Source: Marinicella sp. (GTDB lineage Bacteria; Pseudomonadota; Gammaproteobacteria; Xanthomonadales; Marinicellaceae). Taken from it: a stretch of DNA of 64,000 nt. The notes beneath the pieces were generated by a model. The model had not been told where the DNA came from. It ran no database searches and saw only the letters and a program-made list of their open reading frames with translations. The stretch is from the NCBI GenBank assembly GCA_965230295.1, contig OZ246001.1, positions 1,632,001 through 1,696,000 on the forward strand, in the 5' to 3' direction. The position numbers and the translations under genes are program-made. This document shows, one piece after another, positions 59,052 to 64,000 of the stretch (positions are counted from its first letter, which is position 1; the number at the start of each line of letters is the position of its first letter).

Positions 59052-59217
59052 GCTTAATCCTTCTTTTTAGATCGGCTTATTGTGCTGGTTCACTACCCAG
59101 ATTTCAAACCCAAACTGAGGTTCTGTGTGCCACCACACAATTGTTCAATCAGACACTTTCAGTTTGGGTTCATACTCAACGATTTTGATGAAAATATGAT
59201 GCAAAAATAAACCCCTT

Positions 59218-59259
59218 TTGACAATAGTCAAACAAGTGTTTTAACGTTTTTTTTACAAT
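59218..59259 (+). promoter_or_regulatory. FNR-like site TTGAC-N4-GTCAA and -10 TACAAT upstream of ompW
   Basis: Palindrome at 59218-59231; TACAAT at 59254-59259 places the site centre at about -41.5. Confidence 0.62.
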
Positions 59260-59290
59260 ACCATTTTCACAACAAAAATGAGACTTTACT

Positions 59291-59959
59291 ATGAAAAAAG
59301 TACTAACAACTGCTTTGGCTTTGATGAGTTTTAACGCTTTGGCTGTAGAAAAAGGCGACTGGCTGTTACACGTTCGGGCTATCAACATTGCACCCAATGA
59401 TGACAGTTCTTTGGTTCGTGTTGATGGTGCCGGTGTGGCAGGAACTGGAGTCAACGTTGATGACAACATGTCATTGGATATTTCTTTGGGATACATGATG
59501 ACCGATAACTGGGCGGTTGAGCTTTTGGCTGACTTGAGCTCAAAACACAGTGTGTCTTCTGTGGGCTTGGGGGGCCTCGGTGTTCCAGATGGTACCGATG
59601 TGGTTGATACCAATGTGTTACCTCCAACCGTTTTCCTGCAATACCAGTTTAACCCCAAAGGAAAGGTCAGACCTTACCTGGGCGTGGGTGTCAACTACAC
59701 CTTGTTCTTCAATGATGAGTTAACCGGCGCAGCACAATCAGTTTTGGGTGCCAGTAATTTGGACATTGACAGCTCTTTTGGTGCTGCCGCTCAGTTTGGT
59801 ATTGACTGGGAGTTGAAGAATGACTGGTCGTTTAATGTGGATGTGAAATACATTCAAATTGATACCGAAGCCACTTTCGATACCGCCATTGGCCGTGCTT
59901 CTGTTGATGTAGATATCAACCCCACCGTTTTTGGTATCGGTTTCGGTAAAACATTCTGA
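59291..59959 (+). CDS. ompW: OmpW/AlkL family outer membrane protein
   Basis: GDWLLHVR, YMMTDNWAVEL, LPPT, PYLGVGVNYT, terminal F. Confidence 0.93.
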   Translation: MKKVLTTALALMSFNALAVEKGDWLLHVRAINIAPNDDSSLVRVDGAGVAGTGVNVDDNMSLDISLGYMMTDNWAVELLADLSSKHSVSSVGLGGLGVPDGTDVVDTNVLPPTVFLQYQFNPKGKVRPYLGVGVNYTLFFNDELTGAAQSVLGASNLDIDSSFGAAAQFGIDWELKNDWSFNVDVKYIQIDTEATFDTAIGRASVDVDINPTVFGIGFGKTF

Positions 59960-59989
59960 TAGATTCATTGTTCCCTACAATTCGATCTT

Positions 59990-60018
59990 GGGCTCGGTAT
60001 TCATCGGGCCCTTTTTTT
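59990..60018 (+). terminator. ompW terminator
   Basis: GGGCTCGGT..ATCGGGCCC followed by T7. Confidence 0.85.
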
Positions 60019-60049
60019 GTCTGTTAATCATGTTTTTCATATCACTTTA

Positions 60050-60109
60050 TGACCGTTTGGTCAAAAAGCGTGTTTTTTTATTGACCGATCGGTCATAAAT
60101 ACCTATAAT
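60050..60109 (+). promoter_or_regulatory. Two TGACC-N4-GGTCA operators and a sigma70 promoter of the TetR gene
   Basis: Operators at 60050-60063 and 60082-60095; TTGACC(60081)-17 nt-TATAAT(60104). Confidence 0.82.
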
Positions 60110-60116
60110 GCGCCTC

Positions 60117-60719
60117 ATGACAGTTGGAAGACCCCGAAAAGTAGATCCTGAAATTATCCTGGAAAACGCCATGCAAGTGTTCTGGGAGAAAGGCTATGAT
60201 GGCACCTCAATGGTGGACATCATGACTGCCACAGGCATGCACAAAGGCAGCTTGTATCAGACTTTTGGGGATAAAAAGTCATTGTTCATGGCAGCTTTGG
60301 CAAGATATTTGGACAGCATGTATGCTGATCAAAAACGCATCATCAGCGAGCACCAGGACCCCAGTCAAGCCATGCGAGCGGTGTTATTCCATATGTTGGA
60401 ATATTCGTACTCCGATGAGCAAGGCGACAGTCATCAGCGAGGCTGCTTAGCCGTTAACTCTTTGGTGGACAGCGCGCCTTTCGATGATGACATCCGTATT
60501 TTGATGCAGCAAAAGCACGAACGCATGATTGCTTTGATGGTAGGGGTCATTGAGCAGATTCATGCACTCAATCCACAACAACTCAGTCGCCCACCTGAAA
60601 TGGTAACCGGATTAATTGGTGTGGCGATGGAAGGGCTGAGCATTGAAATGAAAAATAACATGGCACCGGAAATGGCCAACATGATTTTAGACAACCAACT
60701 ACAATTGCTGGGCATTTGA
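60117..60719 (+). CDS. TetR/AcrR family regulator
   Basis: GRPRK..FWEKGYDGTS..SLYQTFGDK, GCLAVNS. Start moved to ATG 60117 because ATG 60108 overlaps the -10. Confidence 0.93.
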   Translation: MTVGRPRKVDPEIILENAMQVFWEKGYDGTSMVDIMTATGMHKGSLYQTFGDKKSLFMAALARYLDSMYADQKRIISEHQDPSQAMRAVLFHMLEYSYSDEQGDSHQRGCLAVNSLVDSAPFDDDIRILMQQKHERMIALMVGVIEQIHALNPQQLSRPPEMVTGLIGVAMEGLSIEMKNNMAPEMANMILDNQLQLLGI

Positions 60720-60737
60720 TTTTTTTTGACTGTTTTA

Positions 60738-60751
60738 TGACCAAACGGTCA
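60738..60751. promoter_or_regulatory. Third TetR-type operator, upstream of the MMPL gene
   Basis: TTA-TGACCAAACGGTCA-TAA. Confidence 0.82.
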
Positions 60752-60790
60752 TAAACAACGAATGATAACTCAATGAAACAGAGGTATATT

Positions 60791-63700
60791 ATGAGTAAGT
60801 ATTTTCAATCCATTGATGTGTTTGCCAGCCGCATGGCAGGCGTCATCATCAACAACCGCTTGGCGGTGATTTTAATCAGCCTGTTGGTGGTGATGCTGGC
60901 AGGTTCAGGCGGGCGGTTTTTGGATTTTTCTACCGATTACCGCGATTTTTTCTCTGATGCGAACCCTGAATTACAGGCCTTTGACCAATTACAAACCACC
61001 TACAGTAAAAATGACAACATTTTGTTTGTTTTAGAACCCAACTCAAAACAGGTGTTTTCCAATGACACCTTGGCTGCGGTTGAGTGGTTGACCGAAGAAT
61101 CGTGGCAAATTCCTTACACCCAAAGGGTGGATTCTCTGTCTAATTTCCAACACACCTACGGTTACGATGATGATTTAGTTGTTGAGGACTTGGTGGTTGA
61201 TGCCAGCTCACTGAGCTTGGAACAGCTCGACCAAATTCAACAGGTCGCCACCAACGAACCATTAATTTTCAAACAATTGCTGAGTGAAAATAATGAATTA
61301 ACCTCGGTTGCTGTGACATTAAACTTCCCTCAAAAGAGTGTTCAGGAAGTACCTGAATCAGTGGCCAAAGCACGTGAGTTAAAAGCTGAACTGCTTGAAA
61401 AATTTCCAGACATTACGGTATACATCAGTGGCGTGTCGATGCTGAACAACGCCTTTGCCGAAGCCGGCTTTGGGGACATGGGAACTTTGGTGCCATTGAT
61501 GTTTTTGGTTATCATCCTCATGACGTTACTGATCATGCGCTCTTTCAGTGCCACATTTGCCACCTTGGTAGTGATTGTGCTGTCATCCATGTTTGCGATG
61601 GGAATGGCAGGTTATTTTGGCATCAAACTGACACCGATTGCCGGTTCTGCACCAACCATTATATTAACTCTGGCCATTGCTGACTCGTTACACATCTTAA
61701 TCACACTGAAAAGCTTGATGCGCGATGGCATGGAAAAATCCAAAGCCATCATTGAAGCCGTGCGGGTCAACTTCATGCCAGTAACCATCACCTCACTGAC
61801 CACCATCATTGGCTTTTTGGCATTGAACTTTTCAGACTCACCCCCCTTTTGGCATTTAGGTAACATCACCGCCATGGGCATCTTTGCGGCTTGGATTTTA
61901 TCTTTAACTTTATTACCAGCGATAATGAACTTACTGCCTTATTCAGTCAAAGTAAGAGACCATGGTGAAACTTCTTTGATGGATAAACTGGGGCAGTTTG
62001 TGGTTTCCTACCCCAAGAGGTTGATTGCCGTTCTTGGCTTATCCACTTTGGTTTTGATCACTTTCATTCCTAAGATTGAGTTGAATGATCAGTGGTCTGA
62101 ATATTTTGATGAATCTGTTCAATTCCGAAAAGACACTGATGAGGTGGTCAAAAACTTTGGCATTTATCCCGTTGAGTTCTCTTTGCCCGCCAAAGGTCCC
62201 AATCAAATATCTAATCCTGAATACCTCAATCACTTAGAACGATTCAGTGAGTATTTAGCACAACAAGAACATGTTACCCATGTCTATTCATTTTCTGAAA
62301 TCATCAAACGCTTGAATAAAAACTTGCACGCTGATGATCCCAGTTATTTCAAGATTCCTGACAACCAGGATTTAGCGGCTCAATACTTGTTACTGTATGA
62401 AATGTCCCTGCCTTTTGGGTTGGACTTGAATGACCGAGTGAACATCGACAAATCAGCAACCCGAGTGACCGCCACACTGGCCAACACATCTACAGCACAA
62501 ACCAAGGTCATGCTTGAAAACTCTAAAAAGTGGATTCAGGACAACTTGCCTGATTACATGCAAGACACCTTACCAACCAGTGCTCAGGTGATGTTTACCT
62601 ACATTGCTGAACGAAATGTGGTTAACATGGTCGGCGGTACCATCGGCGCCATTTTACTGATTTCCATTATTTTGATGATCTCTTTGATGAACTGGCGTTT
62701 GGGCTTGCTCAGTTTAGTGCCCAATGGCCTTCCCATATTAGCAACCTTTGGAACGTGGGCCTTGTTGGTGGGTGAGGTTGGCTTTTCCGTGGCCACTGTC
62801 GCCTCCATTTCTCTGGGTATCATTGTTGATGACACCGTCCACTTTCTGTCCAAATACGTCCGAGCCCGAAACGAAAAAGGTTTCAATGCTGCCGACTCGG
62901 TTAAATACGCTTATCGCAATGTTGGCGTGGCCATATTGGTAAATACAGTGATATTAACCGCAGGCTTTTTGGTGTTGACCACATCTTCTTTCAAAATCAA
63001 TTTTGACATGGGAATGCTCACTGCCATTGCAATCGTTTTTGCGCTGTTACTCGACTTTTTATTACTGCCTGCTTTGTTGGTCTTTTTTGACCGCAAAGAG
63101 GTCACACCGAAAACCCAATTAAATACAGGAGAACCTGCCATGAAACCAATCAAATCTGCTGCTGCCATGACCACTTTGTTGTTGCTCAGTTTACCAATGG
63201 TGTCCATGTCCCAAACCACTGATGAGACACTTAAAAATAAAGGCTATGATGTGTCCGCCAGATCAGACCGTTCAGATCGGGGCTTTTTAGACAGTGAAGT
63301 CGATGTCACCATGGTATTGAAAAATGCCGCGGGGCAAGAAACCACCCGATCGATGACTTTCACCACCTTGGAGGTCCCCAATGAAGACAAGGGTGACAAG
63401 AGCCTGGTGGTTTTTAATACCCCTAAAGATGTAGAAGGGACCGCTTTGCTTTCCCATGCAAAAATGATCAAACCCGATGACCAATGGTTATTTTTACCTG
63501 CATTAAAAAGGGTCAAAAGGATTTCTTCAAAAAACAAGTCTGGCCCTTTTGTGGGGTCTGAGTTTGCCTTTGAAGACTTCACCTCCACCGAGCTCAATAA
63601 ATATGATTACACCTGGTTGCGTGAAGAAGCCTGTGGTGAACTTAACTGTGATGTGGTTCAACGCACGCCCAGGTATGAGCATTCAGGCTATACCAAGCAA

Positions 63701-63946
63701 ATTGCTTGGATCGATCAAACAGATTTTCAGTTAAGAAAAGTCGATTTTTATGACCGCAGAGACAGCCTATTGAAAACCCTGACTTTGTCTGATTACCGCA
63801 ATTATGACGGTGTGTGGCGCAGCCATAAACTTTCCATGGTCAATCAAACCAATGGCAAGAGCACTGATTTGATTTATGGTGATTACACTTTCAAGGTGGG
63901 GTTGGGCGATCATGATTTTGTTAAAGGGAAGCTGGCCGAGCTTTAA
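60791..63946 (+). CDS. MMPL/RND family transporter fused in frame to a LolA-like (lipoprotein-sorting) domain
   Basis: Two RND halves (LAIADSLH; GIIVDDTVH), then signal-like segment and DDQWLFLPALKRVKRIS..FVGSEFAFED; GAGG RBS before 60791. Confidence 0.9.
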   Translation: MSKYFQSIDVFASRMAGVIINNRLAVILISLLVVMLAGSGGRFLDFSTDYRDFFSDANPELQAFDQLQTTYSKNDNILFVLEPNSKQVFSNDTLAAVEWLTEESWQIPYTQRVDSLSNFQHTYGYDDDLVVEDLVVDASSLSLEQLDQIQQVATNEPLIFKQLLSENNELTSVAVTLNFPQKSVQEVPESVAKARELKAELLEKFPDITVYISGVSMLNNAFAEAGFGDMGTLVPLMFLVIILMTLLIMRSFSATFATLVVIVLSSMFAMGMAGYFGIKLTPIAGSAPTIILTLAIADSLHILITLKSLMRDGMEKSKAIIEAVRVNFMPVTITSLTTIIGFLALNFSDSPPFWHLGNITAMGIFAAWILSLTLLPAIMNLLPYSVKVRDHGETSLMDKLGQFVVSYPKRLIAVLGLSTLVLITFIPKIELNDQWSEYFDESVQFRKDTDEVVKNFGIYPVEFSLPAKGPNQISNPEYLNHLERFSEYLAQQEHVTHVYSFSEIIKRLNKNLHADDPSYFKIPDNQDLAAQYLLLYEMSLPFGLDLNDRVNIDKSATRVTATLANTSTAQTKVMLENSKKWIQDNLPDYMQDTLPTSAQVMFTYIAERNVVNMVGGTIGAILLISIILMISLMNWRLGLLSLVPNGLPILATFGTWALLVGEVGFSVATVASISLGIIVDDTVHFLSKYVRARNEKGFNAADSVKYAYRNVGVAILVNTVILTAGFLVLTTSSFKINFDMGMLTAIAIVFALLLDFLLLPALLVFFDRKEVTPKTQLNTGEPAMKPIKSAAAMTTLLLLSLPMVSMSQTTDETLKNKGYDVSARSDRSDRGFLDSEVDVTMVLKNAAGQETTRSMTFTTLEVPNEDKGDKSLVVFNTPKDVEGTALLSHAKMIKPDDQWLFLPALKRVKRISSKNKSGPFVGSEFAFEDFTSTELNKYDYTWLREEACGELNCDVVQRTPRYEHSGYTKQIAWIDQTDFQLRKVDFYDRRDSLLKTLTLSDYRNYDGVWRSHKLSMVNQTNGKSTDLIYGDYTFKVGLGDHDFVKGKLAEL

Positions 63947-64000
63947 GTTAAATTTTTTGTAATGAAAACCATGTTTATTAACTCTATTGAACAACAGCAA

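Overview
64 kb of chromosomal DNA (~45% GC by eye) from a gammaproteobacterium; protein sequences and gene order suggest a marine, possibly Lysobacterales/Marinicella-like organism (inference only). Most of it is housekeeping: priA (partial), fkpA, prc, pepQ, tatD, lpxL, sppA, rpoH, dinB, pfp, adk, groESL, ubiG, glcB/aceA, thrC, ppc, dcp and ompW. These are interleaved with small accessory loci. No rRNA, tRNA, CRISPR array or prophage was seen. The most notable signals are: (1) an unannotated ~90-nt candidate sRNA downstream of groEL with a perfect CRP-type site near -41.5, a C/U-rich loop and its own terminator; (2) an MMPL/RND transporter fused in frame to a LolA-like protein that keeps its own RBS, ATG and signal peptide, under a TetR with three operators; (3) a RAYT transposase with flanking REPs plus several other small repeat/MITE families; (4) readable regulatory sites (sigma32, sigmaE, FNR-like TTGAC-N4-GTCAA, PsrA-like boxes, two probable leaderless regulator genes); (5) a rubredoxin missed by the ORF track and a Bacteroidota-like ppc. 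All calls were made by eye; no searches were run.
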